Below are positions 42,193 through 55,206 of a DNA stretch of 64,000 nt, piece after piece. The notes beneath the pieces are model-generated. The model made no database searches. It saw nothing but the letters and a program-made list of their open reading frames with translations, and was not told where the DNA came from. Origin of the DNA: Eledone cirrhosa (lineage: Eukaryota); contig OZ024741.1 in NCBI GenBank assembly GCA_964016885.1, positions 14,880,001-14,944,000 of the forward strand, given 5' to 3'. Each line of letters starts with the position of its first letter. Within the stretch, counting starts at the first letter, position 1. The translations under genes and the position numbers were made by a program.

Positions 42193-42253
42193 TTTCATTT
42201 ACCAGTGGTTTCTTGAAAGCAAACAAATTTTGCTTTCAATCATCAGAATGAAA
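42193..42253 (-). ncRNA. Type I hammerhead ribozyme (intact)
   Basis: Exact reverse complement of 42317-42377. Confidence 0.85.
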
Positions 42254-42316
42254 AAATCCTGGTGTATTTATTGACATTGGATTTTTAATCCAATGTCAAT
42301 AAATACACCAGGATTT

Positions 42317-42377
42317 TTTCATTCTGATGATTGAAAGCAAAATTTGTTTGCTTTCAAGAAACCACTGGTAAATGAAA
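42317..42377 (+). ncRNA. Type I hammerhead ribozyme (intact)
   Basis: Stem I TTTCATT/AATGAAA; core CTGATGA 42324-42330; 11-bp stem II TTGAAAGCAAA/TTTGCTTTCAA; GAAA; stem III CCA-C-TGG; GUA cleavage triplet. Confidence 0.85.
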
Positions 42378-42402
42378 TAATTGCCTTATGTTGTTTATTA
42401 CA

Positions 42403-42433
<31 letters not shown>

Positions 42434-42485
42434 TAATGTAGATGATGAAAAGAATATATATATATCTATATATATATATATATAT

Positions 42486-43516
42486 ATTCTTTTCATCATC
42501 TACATTAATGACATTACTGACATCATCAAGCACAGCAACATCAGAATCTTTGCAGACGATTCCAAGCTCCAAAGGGTCATCAATGAGGTGGGTGACCGGA
42601 CTTGCCTTCAGTCAGACCTACTGGCTGTTATCCAATGGGCAGAAATGAATAATATGCTGTTGAATGAAGATAAATTTGAATTAATCCACTTTGGAAAAAA
42701 GGATGCCCTGAAACTACGATACTCTCTTCCTTCAGGTGAAACTCTAGTGGCATCCAACAACATCAGAGACCTGGGAGTAATTGTGGACAACAACATAAGC
42801 TGGCCCACTCATATAAACAGCAAAGTTGATATGGCCCACAGAATGTGTTCCTGGATTCTCAGAACTTTCCAGTCGAGAGATATCCACACTGTTATCCTTC
42901 TCTTTTGCCCGACCCCACCTTGAATACTGTTGTCCACTGTGGTCACCCCACACGAAACAAAGTATCATGAAAGTTGAAGCACCCCAAAGGTCAATTACAG
43001 AAAAGATAGTTGGAATGACAGGCCTTGACTATTGGGGGTCGATTAGAAAAGCTCAAACTTTATTCTCTTCAACGTCGCCGTGAGCGCTACATTATCTGTA
43101 TGATGTGGAAGATATTCCATCAGCTTAGCCCAAATGATGTTGGCATCACCTTTAGTGTACACCCAAGGCTTGGTCCCCGTGCTTATCCGCCCACCACAAA
43201 AATCTCACTCGCATCACATAACAACAATACGGCACAATTATTTCACCTCAATTGGCCCTGCACTCTTTAACATTACACCAAGACATATCAAAGCAGAGAC
43301 AGACCCCATAAAGTTCAAGAAGTCTTTGGATAAATTCCTTCAAGAAATCCCGGATAAGCCTCCTACACCCGGATATGCTTCCGTAAACAATAACTCTCTG
43401 CTCGATTGGGCCATGGTGCCCAAACACTGATTTGTAAGACTTCGCCAGGTGGTGCTATTAGGTTAGACATGGCCTGGGCCAATACTGGCCGAAACCTATC
43501 AAATTTATCAAATTTA
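42486..43516 (+). mobile_element. 5'-truncated CR1/L2/Jockey-group LINE (RT C-terminal half plus 3' UTR), frameshifted
   Basis: LFIIYINDI..FADDSKL..LQSDL..LNEDKF..DLGVIVD; RPHLEYCCPLWSPH; LKLYSLQRRRERY; FKKSLDKFLQEIPDKP across three frameshifts. Ends in ATCAAATTT repeats. Confidence 0.92.
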
Positions 43517-43537
43517 TACATATATATATAAAGTTAT

Positions 43538-43645
<108 letters not shown>

Positions 43646-43664
43646 GTATTTGTTGTACAGTGTC

Positions 43665-43772
43665 GGGCGGATTTACCAATATGTACAGTAGGCCATTAGC
43701 GTACCACCCACCGGGTTACTGGGAGCCCACCGATGAGTTTTACTAGGGCCTACAAATAGGTAAATCACGCCC
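43665..43772. mobile_element. Small MITE with hAT-like terminal inverted repeats
   Basis: GGGCGGATTTACC...GTAGGCC / GGCCTAC...GGTAAATCACGCCC. Confidence 0.5.
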
Positions 43773-44255
43773 TCATGTTGTGCATTTTAGAGAAAATTGT
43801 GTAAATATTGTGTCTCCCATTTCACGTTGTTCCTGTGCAGTCAGCTGAAAATAATTACCAGTGGCCGTCGGTGAAGGGATAACTCTTTGGTGAACAATCG
43901 TCCCATCCATTAGTGTTTGTTAAGTCACTTTATAAAACTGGAATAAGATCTGGATGGAAAATGATATAGAAATATGGAATTCTGTTACAGGGTATCAGTA
44001 ATAAATTGTTTATATTTCTCAGTATAAACCAATGGGAACAGTTTACCAAACGTTTCCTTTCATCTCATCAGGTGTACCGTAAGAAGTTGGTGTAAAGATT
44101 CCCTCTATCTCGAAAGGAAGCATTATATATAAACACGTCCTGAATTAACAACACCCCACAACAATGTCTAATTGAGGTTGTATGGATACAATAGTCTATA
44201 TTAGGGAAACTGACGTGGACATCTTGGTGTTGCAGAGAGACATAGTAGTAGTAGC

Positions 44256-44293
<38 letters not shown>

Positions 44294-44312
44294 GAGGAGG
44301 AGTAGTAGTAGT

Positions 44313-44350
<38 letters not shown>

Positions 44351-44420
44351 CAGTAGTAGTAGTAGTAGTATACGTAGTAGTATACGTAGTAGTATACGTA
44401 GTAGTAGAGTGGTGGTGGTG

Positions 44421-44481
<61 letters not shown>

Positions 44482-44545
44482 ATATGATGGTGATGATCAG
44501 AATGATGGTGGAAATAATAATAAATATATCAATAACGATAATAAT

Positions 44546-44705
44546 AATTGTTTATACTTTTGGCACAAGGCCAGCAATTATCCCAGTGTATTACTGGTAC
44601 TTTATTTTATCGACCCCCTAAGGATGAAAGGCAAAGTTAACCTCGGCGGGATTTGAACTCAGACCATAAAGGGCCGTAACTCTTTGCTGCAAAGCGCCCG
44701 ACCCT
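44546..44705 (-). mobile_element. Octopus-type SINE
   Basis: Reverse complement of the consensus. Confidence 0.85.
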
Positions 44706-44733
44706 ATAATAATGAACGATAACTTAACAAGAG

Positions 44734-44776
<43 letters not shown>

Positions 44777-44779
<3 letters not shown>

Positions 44780-44952
44780 GTAGAACACTGGAAGGTAATA
44801 TCCGTAGTGGTAGAGCACTCAGTCCATGGGAGGAGTTAGGTAGAAGTGGTTACACAACAGTTAGTTCCCCATACCATGTCCATTACGAGCTGAGGAACCG
44901 GTAAGGAGAAACAATTGTTCTCGGTATGGTGAACTAACTGTTGTGTAACCAC

Positions 44953-44957
<5 letters not shown>
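44777..44957 (-). mobile_element. Family E tail+fold-back element
   Basis: Arms TAGAAGTGGTTACACAACAGTTAGTTC.CCATACC / GGTATGGTGAACTAACTGTTGTGTAACCACTTCTA. (TA)n flanks. Second copy at 48613-48777. Confidence 0.75.
44880..44929 (+). ncRNA. Minimal type I hammerhead ribozyme
   Basis: CGAG | CTGAGGA | A CC GGTAA GG A | GAAA | CAATTG | TT | CTCG. Palindromic stem III, GUU site, stem I extendable (CCAT/ATGG). Confidence 0.7.
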
Positions 44958-45004
<47 letters not shown>

Positions 45005-45055
45005 GTATATATATATGTGTGTGTATATATATGTGTGTGTATATATATATATATA

Positions 45056-45252
45056 TTAAAATAACAGATTACAGTTTAAGCAAAGAATCGCTGCTTTCAC
45101 CCTGAAGGGTATCTTCTGAAATTCTGAGTTTCAGAAGATCCCGTTAATCTGTTATTTTAATAAATATTTGCTCTACGGTTCTTATATATCTGATATATAT
45201 TTATCCTTATCGAGCCCTCTTTGGATTTTAGTCTTCAAATTTATTATTATTA
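45056..45252 (+). mobile_element. Family F short copy (collapsed fold-back + tail)
   Basis: Matches 25686-25752 and 27079-27235. Internal deletion in the right arm. Confidence 0.75.
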
Positions 45253-45292
45253 CGATATATATATATATATTAAGGCAAATATATGGATGTAA

Positions 45293-45354
<62 letters not shown>

Positions 45355-45355
45355 G

Positions 45356-45520
<165 letters not shown>

Positions 45521-45531
45521 ATATATGTATG

Positions 45532-45635
<104 letters not shown>

Positions 45636-46258
45636 CATATGTATATATATATATGTGATATATATATGTGTGATGCGTGTGTGTTTGTTTGTATGTGTGT
45701 CTGTGTGTGTCTGTGTGTGTATATAGTGTGTGTGTGTGTTTTTAAAAAGACAAATATATGGATGGATTTAATTCAAAAGATTTTAATTTAAAAATTATAA
45801 AAGGTAAGGGAAAATAGTATATAAGAACTGTTAAGTGCTTTGTGAACATGGAAGATTGCAATTGAGAATGGTGTAAGAATAAACATGTAGGAAGTGTTTG
45901 TGTGGTAGTGGTGGGGATAGAGGGAGATGACTGTGAGGATATTGTTATTAAGTGATGTTAACCATATAGAGGAGACAGTAAATAATGGATATTGCCAGAG
46001 AGCAGAAATTGATGGCTTTAAATTGCATGGGAATTGCTACTTAAGAAGAGCTGATCGATAGATATCAAAGTTGCAGAAATAAGCGGAAACGATTCTATAA
46101 TGACGTGGTATGATTAAATTTCACTTTGTACTTGGGTAAACATAGCCAAAAAAAAAAAGGAAAAGTAGAAAGTAAAACATAGAAAATTATTGAGTGGGCA
46201 TTGAAAATGGCCGCCGCCTTATACACAACAACAGCAGCAATGGTAGAAAGGAAAGTAT

Positions 46259-46315
<57 letters not shown>

Positions 46316-46869
46316 CTAGGATAATATTATGTTATTATACATTAAGGCAGCATCGAAGAATGGACAATAACGGTGAACAATTCTTGAAAAATGGGGAATA
46401 ACACATAAATAATATATATATATATACTTATATTACTATGTATATAAATATATGCGTGTGTATATATATCACACACATACACACATATATATATATATAT
46501 TCACACACGCAAGCATATATACATATGTATATGTGTATGTGTGTGTGTATATATATGCATGTATGTATGTATGTATATAAACGGAGCAGACAACAAAATA
46601 TTTGGCAACCAACTAAATTACTGTCCAAACATTAATGTCCAAGAAAGAGAACTGTTGATTTAAGCAAATAAAGTCTAGAGTAGAAGAGAGAGAGAGAGAT
46701 GAGAGGGGTAGAGAGATAGAGAGATGGATAGAGAGAGAGGGGGAGTGGGTAGGAGTGACATAGGTATGGGGAGCATAACAATTGTATTATAAACTTAATA
46801 ACTGTAGCCGAATACAGAGTCTGGCTATTGCGTACTGTGTGTGTGTATGTATATATATATATATATATA

Positions 46870-47005
46870 TAACGAAGGAAATGTGGTAAGGAACCAGGTG
46901 GACCATAACGCACCAAAGTACTCAATACTTGAGGTAGTAGAGTGGGTAATAGGAACCAGTAAGACCCCGACAGCTGAGCTCAAGCCGTTTCGACGGCTAA
47001 TTCTG
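46870..47005 (-). mobile_element. Family A element truncated at the hairpin centre
   Basis: Appears identical to 1481-1616. Confidence 0.75.
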
Positions 47006-47062
47006 TATTACTACTATATATATATATATATACAGACAAAGTACTCAATAGCCAGACCTCAG

Positions 47063-47173
47063 TGAGAAAAACCACACACCCTCCATCTCAACTCTACTTT
47101 TGAAAAACAGAACTGCGAAACCGGTAAAGGAACCAAATAAATATATTTTTATAATAAAAGACTCCAGTTGCAT
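47063..47173 (+). mobile_element. Family G fragment with a decayed hammerhead (47097-47129)
   Basis: CTCAACTCTACTTTTGAAAAACAGAACTGCGAAACCGGTAAAGGAACC. Confidence 0.65.
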
Positions 47174-47824
47174 ATTCTCAAAATATTATATAGTATATTG
47201 CTCCTTAAATGTTAGAGCTGATCTTTAATCCCGCATATATGGCTGTTATTTCTAGCACCGTTAATGCGGGACGGCTAGTTTGGTCTGGCTATACACGTGT
47301 AGTCAGACTTGCAAAATTTTTTGATGTGAGATGTACTAATTTCTACTGGATTCCTGTTGATATGCACAGAAGATTTGGATATTTCACTTTTTATTTCAAT
47401 TCCATTTCGATTATCTTTATTTTTTAAATTCACATACCACCATTGCGAAACGGATTTAGGTTTCGAGGTTCAAATTCGTCTACAGAACAGGTTTGGATTT
47501 TGAAATTTAAATCTGTCCAGGAATCATGGCCTTTGCCAATATAAGCTTGTCTTTATTGACTTATATCGAGACAGACAAATTGTATTCACATTAATTAGTT
47601 TATTTCATTAATAGCTGACTGTCTGTTGCAATGCAAACACGTTTTGTGTTTATCATATATTTTAATGTATTTAACTGCTCGGAAATGCCCCTTTCCTGGA
47701 GCTTAATTATTGTAAAGGACTGAGAGCTTATTCTCAAAATATTATGTAGTATATATATTTATGTATATATGTATTTATATATATATATATATTTATAGAT
47801 ATATATATATTGATATTTATATAT

Positions 47825-47856
<32 letters not shown>

Positions 47857-47935
47857 TATTATACTTGGGGAGGGTCATATTGTTGTAATAATATTTGTTT
47901 CGACACACGATTTCATATCAAAAACCACGCGTGAA

Positions 47936-48148
47936 GGCGTGTGGCTGAGTGGTTAGAGAATTGGATTCGCAATCGTAAGGTTGTGAGTTCGATTCCTGGA
48001 CCAGGCAATGCGTTATGTCCTTGAGCAAGACACTTTATTTCACGTTGCTCCTTCTACCTGGAGTTGCGACCGATAGATAGTATTAGCAATTGGAAAGACC
48101 AACGGAAACATTGTTCCCTCGGTCCGATTTGACGAAAGTCGATCGTTC
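47936..48148 (+). mobile_element. Second tRNA-derived SINE family
   Basis: A-box GTGGCTGAGTGG, B-box GTTCGATTCC, then central domain GTCCTTGAGCAAGACACTTTATTTCAC. Confidence 0.8.
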
Positions 48149-48197
48149 CTGAATATATATATATATGTATATATGTATGTATGTATGTATGTAGATG

Positions 48198-48322
48198 CGG
48201 AGTTAAATCGGGGGTAACCACAGTAACTAAGGTACTCAACACATTAGTAGAGTGAAAACTATCGATTGCATACGGATCGAACAGTTCTAGTCCTGTAGAA
48301 GCTATCTCTATATTAACTTTTG
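48198..48322. mobile_element. Family B fragment (tail joined to the inverted arm)
   Basis: GGGGTAACCACAGT..GTACTCAA..GTAGAGTG and AACAGTTCTAGTCCTGTAGAA. Confidence 0.55.
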
Positions 48323-48429
48323 ATATATACACACACAGACATATATATATGTATATATGTATATATCTATATGTGTGTATGTGTGTGCGTATGTGTGTGT
48401 GTGTATGTCTGTGTGTGTGTGTAGCTGAC

Positions 48430-48570
48430 GGCTGAAAGAAAAGAGTACTCAATAACGAAGTAGAGTTTAAATATTCATTTTATTAAGGCTAAATAGTGAG
48501 TCTTGTTCTTGTCTGATAACTGGTAAACAGGCGAATCTCCGGAGTAACAACATTCACTATTTAGCCTTTA
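48430..48570. mobile_element. Family D tail+fold-back element with a decayed hammerhead (48509-48550, +)
   Basis: TTGT-CTGATAA-CTG..CAG GC-GAAT-CTCCGGAG-TA-ACAA. Arms AAGGCTAAATAGTGA/TCACTATTTAGCCTT. Confidence 0.55.
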
Positions 48571-48612
48571 TATATATACAGTATATATATACAGTATATA
48601 TATATATATATA

Positions 48613-48775
48613 AGTAGTAATACAACAATTAGTTCACCATACCGAGAACAGTTGTTTCACCTTAAGCGGATCTCCGAGCGGTATGGTGAACTAACTGTTG
48701 TGTTACCACTTCTACCTAACTCGTCCCACGGATTGAGTGTTCTACCACTTCGGATATTACCTTCCAGTGTTCTAC

Positions 48776-48777
<2 letters not shown>
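48613..48777 (+). mobile_element. Family E second copy
   Basis: Reverse-complement homology to 44777-44957. The CUGA core is lost at the hairpin centre. Confidence 0.7.
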
Positions 48778-48809
<32 letters not shown>

Positions 48810-48814
48810 GTATA

Positions 48815-48966
48815 TAACGAAGGAAATGTGGTAAGGAACCAGGTGGATTATAACGCACAAGAGTACTCGATACTTAGGGTAGCAGAGTTGGTAATAGGAA
48901 AAGAGTCAGGACCCCGAACTAGCTGTCGAAACGGCCGGAGCTCAGCCGTCGTTATCCTGACTCTTT
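48815..48966 (-). mobile_element. Family A diverged copy
   Basis: Tail TAACGAAGGAAATGTGGTAAGGAACC and short arms AAAGAGTCAGGA/TCCTGACTCTTT. Confidence 0.7.
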
Positions 48967-48969
48967 AAC

Positions 48970-49008
<39 letters not shown>

Positions 49009-49355
49009 AAGTGTGTGTGTATTATGATAGAAGGAAATATATACCCCCGGACAACGTCGAGGTACCACAGATACTGGAGAGGGTGGTGTGTGAAGAATTA
49101 CACACATTAAATACATCATAGACTGACATACCCATACACATACACATGCAAGGACACATCTCTGCACATACACCCCAACACACACACACACACGCATACA
49201 CATATACAGACATACATACTGTGTAATACATAAAAATGTGTGCAACAATAAATACCCGCCTCCACACAAGATATATGTACACTCACACATACATACACAC
49301 TGTTATACAAATATGTGTGGAAATTGTGTATAAATACATACACACTCACACACAG

Positions 49356-49389
<34 letters not shown>

Positions 49390-49573
49390 TTGCAGATACA
49401 CAGGTACACGCACATATACATACAGACAGTGTAAAACACAAAAATATGAGGCTACTGTGTATAAACACACATACACACTCACACACATACAAATACACAG
49501 GCGAGGTACATGAATGGGCAATTCGAGGTCATGTATATAAGTACATACATATATTTATATATACATATATTAC

Positions 49574-49610
<37 letters not shown>

Positions 49611-49746
49611 AATATATATATATATTTATATATATATATATTTATATATATATATATATATATATATGTTATATATATATATATATATATATGTTATATA
49701 TATATATATATATGTTATATATATATATATATGTTATATATATATA

Positions 49747-49778
<32 letters not shown>

Positions 49779-49779
49779 G

Positions 49780-49829
<50 letters not shown>

Positions 49830-49838
49830 CATATATAT

Positions 49839-49949
<111 letters not shown>

Positions 49950-50409
49950 TATATGTTATATATATATATATATTTATATATATATGTTATATAAGCAGGA
50001 CTTTTTATGTTTTCTTAAGATGAGTCAAAGTATAAAAATGGCGACCACCATAGACGGGGCCATTAAAAGGGAGCAAATAGCCAAGAATAATCCGGCTGTT
50101 GTAGTCAGAAAACGATTATAGAGGGCATCTATTGTATAAGGGGAATTGTTATGGGGCCAAGCATTAAAGATGGCAACCCTGTGACTATCAAAGACGCATT
50201 GTAGAAAGACGAATATTATAGTTACTGTTGTTGTTATGGCTATTGTTATTATTATTATTATTATTAATATCTAATTTATTATTATTGTTATTGTTGGTGT
50301 TGTTGTTTTTGTTGTTATTGTTGTTGTTTTTGTTGTAGCGGCGTATAGTTGTAGAAACATATGATTATCAGTTAACAATTGGAAGATGCAGACGACCGTG
50401 TTATGTATG

Positions 50410-50481
<72 letters not shown>

Positions 50482-50742
50482 CATGTTTAATATAGAAATG
50501 GCTTCTACAGGATTAGAACTGTTTCATTCAAACACACAGACACACATACCTACATATGAAAGTATGTATGTGTGTTTGTGAGAGAGTATATTAGTGTGTG
50601 GTAGTGTAGGTGTGGGTGTCTGATTGTGTGTATGTGTATGTATGTGTAAAGTAGACTGTGAAAGGAGGAGGGGGAGAAGGAGAAATAAGAATAAGAAAAG
50701 GTTTACATGATAAAGAATATAAAGAAATGAGAAAGAATGAGT

Positions 50743-50842
<100 letters not shown>

Positions 50843-50941
50843 CAGTAACACAATCACACACAAAGCGCATGGGATTATATAGATATCATAAGAGATATAT
50901 ATTTTATCTTATTGTACACAATGAAATCATGCCGACCATAA

Positions 50942-51008
<67 letters not shown>

Positions 51009-51032
51009 ATTAAATATAAATATAGATATAAT

Positions 51033-51096
<64 letters not shown>

Positions 51097-51234
51097 CATA
51101 TATGTAAATATATGCATAAATATATATATGCATATATATATATGCGTGTTTGTGTGTGTACACATGTATATGAATGTATGTGTATAAATATATATATATG
51201 AATGTATATGTACATATATATATATGAATGTATG

Positions 51235-51297
<63 letters not shown>

Positions 51298-51736
51298 GAA
51301 TGTATGTGTATGTCTGGTGTATGTGTGTAAAGTGATCCGAATGATTTAACACGTGAGCTATAAAAGATGAATTCTGATTTAAATACAGCCACGGTTAACT
51401 GAACTGGGGATATTAAAAAACAGAAAGATGGAAGGAACGAAAAACGAAAGAAAAGAGAAGAACGAAGAAAAGGAATTAAAGGAGGTATTTGTACTTTGTA
51501 AAGGGGATCTATTTGTGAGTATATATATATATATATATATATTCATATGTATACACATATATATTATGTATATATATATATATATATATATATACATACA
51601 TCCCAAAATATGTATACATATATATAGATATATATATATGTATATATATATGTATGTACTTACAGAAACACATACATACACACACATATATATATATATA
51701 GTATGTATATATACACACACACACACACGTTTATGC

Positions 51737-51824
<88 letters not shown>

Positions 51825-52063
51825 TTGTATTTGTGCGTGTATGTATATAGATATACATATTACATATATATAAATATATATACATATATGTATCAATTCA
51901 TAAATATGTGTGTATGTCTGTTTGTGTGTATATATGTATGCATATATATAAATAAATAAATAAATAAATATTTATATATATACATATATATATGTGTGTG
52001 TGTGGGTGGGTGTTTGTGAGTGTGTGGAGATATATACATATACATATATACATATATACATAT

Positions 52064-52124
<61 letters not shown>

Positions 52125-52345
52125 TATGTATGTATATAGCCAGCTGTGAGATATTTTTCCGTAGAAATAATAGTAATATATAATAGTAATATGTGAGCCA
52201 ATAGTTGTTAGTCATCCTGGAAAGTGTTCCTTTGTGCTGGTTAATCTCTCAATTGGGAAACAGTTGACATAAAGAAAGTAAGAGCCTCTGTTGTTATATT
52301 TGTTACGGTGTCAACGGCGGAGACCCTCACTCCCGTACTTATACA

Positions 52346-52426
<81 letters not shown>

Positions 52427-52888
52427 TATATATATATATATGTATGTAGGCATTCATATATATACATACAAACAAAACATTTAATGGAATATCGATGGAT
52501 GTATAAATATATATATATAAATATATATATATACATATATAAATGTTTATATATGTAAGTGTGTGTGCTTCTGTTTCTATATAAGTGTATGTGACCATGT
52601 CTCTGCGTGCATATGTATATATATATGTTGCATACACCTTTTAGAAATAACATATATAGTTGTGGGAGATAAGACACACTCACATTTATCGATACATACA
52701 TTCACACACACATACACACATACATTTACACACAAACACACACACACACACATACACACACATACACGCACGAACTTTCTTACACTAGGGTGTGTTTTAT
52801 TCGAAACTTGACAGATTTATGGGGCAAATCATGTTTGTATTTAATTATATATGAATATATATATATATATATATACGCACATATATAT

Positions 52889-52970
<82 letters not shown>

Positions 52971-53063
52971 TTTATTCGGTTAGACTTTTAGTAGTTTAGA
53001 CATAGTACTTGTTTTGTTTATGTTATATGACATACGTGTTTGTATGTGTCAGTGTGTGTATAA

Positions 53064-53149
<86 letters not shown>

Positions 53150-53335
53150 GTATATATACACATATATACATGTATATATACATATACATCCTACTGCACC
53201 TTAATTTGTGTGAATGTATAGATATGTGTGTAAAATCGGATGTTTAAGCTGTAAAATAAATGTGTAATATTATTTATTCCTAAATAACAAATCGTTACAA
53301 ACACCCCCATATTTATACACAGAAACGTATATATA

Positions 53336-53434
53336 CTGGGTGTCCCCCAAAATGTATACACACTTCAACAGCATTCTAATTAAAATTGCCTGTACAGTTA
53401 ATCAAATTGTGTATACATTTTTATGGACACACTA
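53336..53434. mobile_element. Tc1/mariner-like MITE in TA context
   Basis: GGGTGTCC..AAAATGTATACACA / TGTGTATACATTTT..GGACAC. A related half copy lies at 7335-7390. Confidence 0.55.
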
Positions 53435-53737
53435 TATATATATAGAGAGAGAGAAAGTCTGCGGTGTTGAGACCGAAGAGAGCACGATACCTGGGGAGAT
53501 GTAGAGTGGGTATAGAGACATTTATAAAAGCTTTCTCAATATACCATCTTATGGTTACTGTAATATACAGGGTGTTTATATATTAAATTGTATCAAACCT
53601 TCAGTTCAACATATTGTATTATTAATCACGCGTAAAACGTCTTTCGCAAATGACCAGCTCAGGGCTTTAACACAATACAAACTGTTCAATTCGAAGATTG
53701 ATTTGTGCATTAGACTAAATATAGATTATTATATACG

Positions 53738-53921
53738 TGGATTGGCAGTAACGGTTGAGGGTTGGACGCCATGCTTTGCTGCAAAGAGTTACGGCCCTTT
53801 ATCGTCTGAGTTCAAATCCCCCCGATTTTAACTTAGCCTTTTATCTTTACGGGGTCGATAAGATAAAGTACCAGTAATACACTGGATAATTGCTGGTCTT
53901 GTGCCAAAAGGAGAAACAATT
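53738..53921 (+). mobile_element. Octopus-type SINE
   Basis: Consensus match with B-box. Confidence 0.85.
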
Positions 53922-53984
53922 ATATACATATGCTTATACACGCAATGACACATACACACAAACTCGTGCGCGCGCGCGCGCATA

Positions 53985-54075
53985 TGATGATTTTCATTCG
54001 ATGAAACAATTCTAGTCTTGTAGCACCCATTTCTATATTAAACATTGTATATACTCTACTATGTATTGAGTACCT
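53985..54075 (+). mobile_element. Family B fragment (hammerhead relic + tail)
   Basis: TGATGATTTTCATTCGATGAAACAATTCTAGTCTTGTAG...ACTCTACTATGTATTGAGTACCT. Confidence 0.55.
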
Positions 54076-54539
54076 CTGCTGGACCGGCGACCGCTCTGTA
54101 TAATCAGTTCCTGATTATTACTGATCCAACACACATAATTTTCAGCAAACAGCAAGAGTAGTGAGCTTTGATAAGTACCAACAAGTACGAAACAGAGCTC
54201 TGTCAGCTTATCTCCCCTGTTTGTTGAAAATTTAAGTAAGTGACATTGTCACTACTTTAAAACAATAGCGTATGGTCTTCAAAATGCTTTTAATTAAGCA
54301 TACAGTGTATTGCAAAATACATTATATATACATTCATATATATATATATATCGTTGATCACCAATCTGAAGAGCAGATCGATAATGGATTCAGGACCATA
54401 TATTCTATTGGCGACCCTGGACCAATCCTCTTCGAAACGCACGTAATATATCGTAGATACACGATAAAAAAATTAAGTACCTGTAAACGAAACTTCATCG
54501 TTTTTATTAATATATATATAATAACTATATATATATATA

Positions 54540-54600
<61 letters not shown>

Positions 54601-55052
54601 ATATATAGGAAATTTATATGAATATATATATACATATATACGCTCTCGGAATTTAATACAACCATATGATCGCCGTCATCTTGGCGTAGTTCTCTCTAAT
54701 GCTCTCTAGTTTATTGTCATTTAGATGCGTATTACAAATATGTTTGTGGCCGGCCCCCGATAATATCTCACGTAGTCTTCTTGTTTATGACATAGCTTCA
54801 GCTCTTCATGGAGGTTGATGTAAGCCTATCTGGAAATCAATCATACAAAAACAACGATAACAACAACAACAGCAACAGTACTATCATCAATAAGGATAAC
54901 GATAGCAATATTATCATTATGAATAATAACAATGGTAGATATCTATATCTATATCTATATGTTTATAATAGTATTTCTCATTCAAATTATAGCTTCTATC
55001 ATATTGAGATCACCATCTCACAGTTGATTGTGCGGTTTATAATAATCATATG

Positions 55053-55206
<154 letters not shown>

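Larger units (their letters stand above)
42100..42409 (-). mobile_element. Family C element: tail + perfect 123-bp fold-back carrying two opposed hammerheads
   Basis: Arms 42161-42283 / 42287-42409, TTT loop, (TA)n flanks. Confidence 0.85.

Noticed and set aside
47936-48010. tRNA-like sequence
   Set aside because: A/B boxes are present, but there is no proper acceptor stem and it continues into a SINE body. It is a SINE head, as are the other B-box hits.
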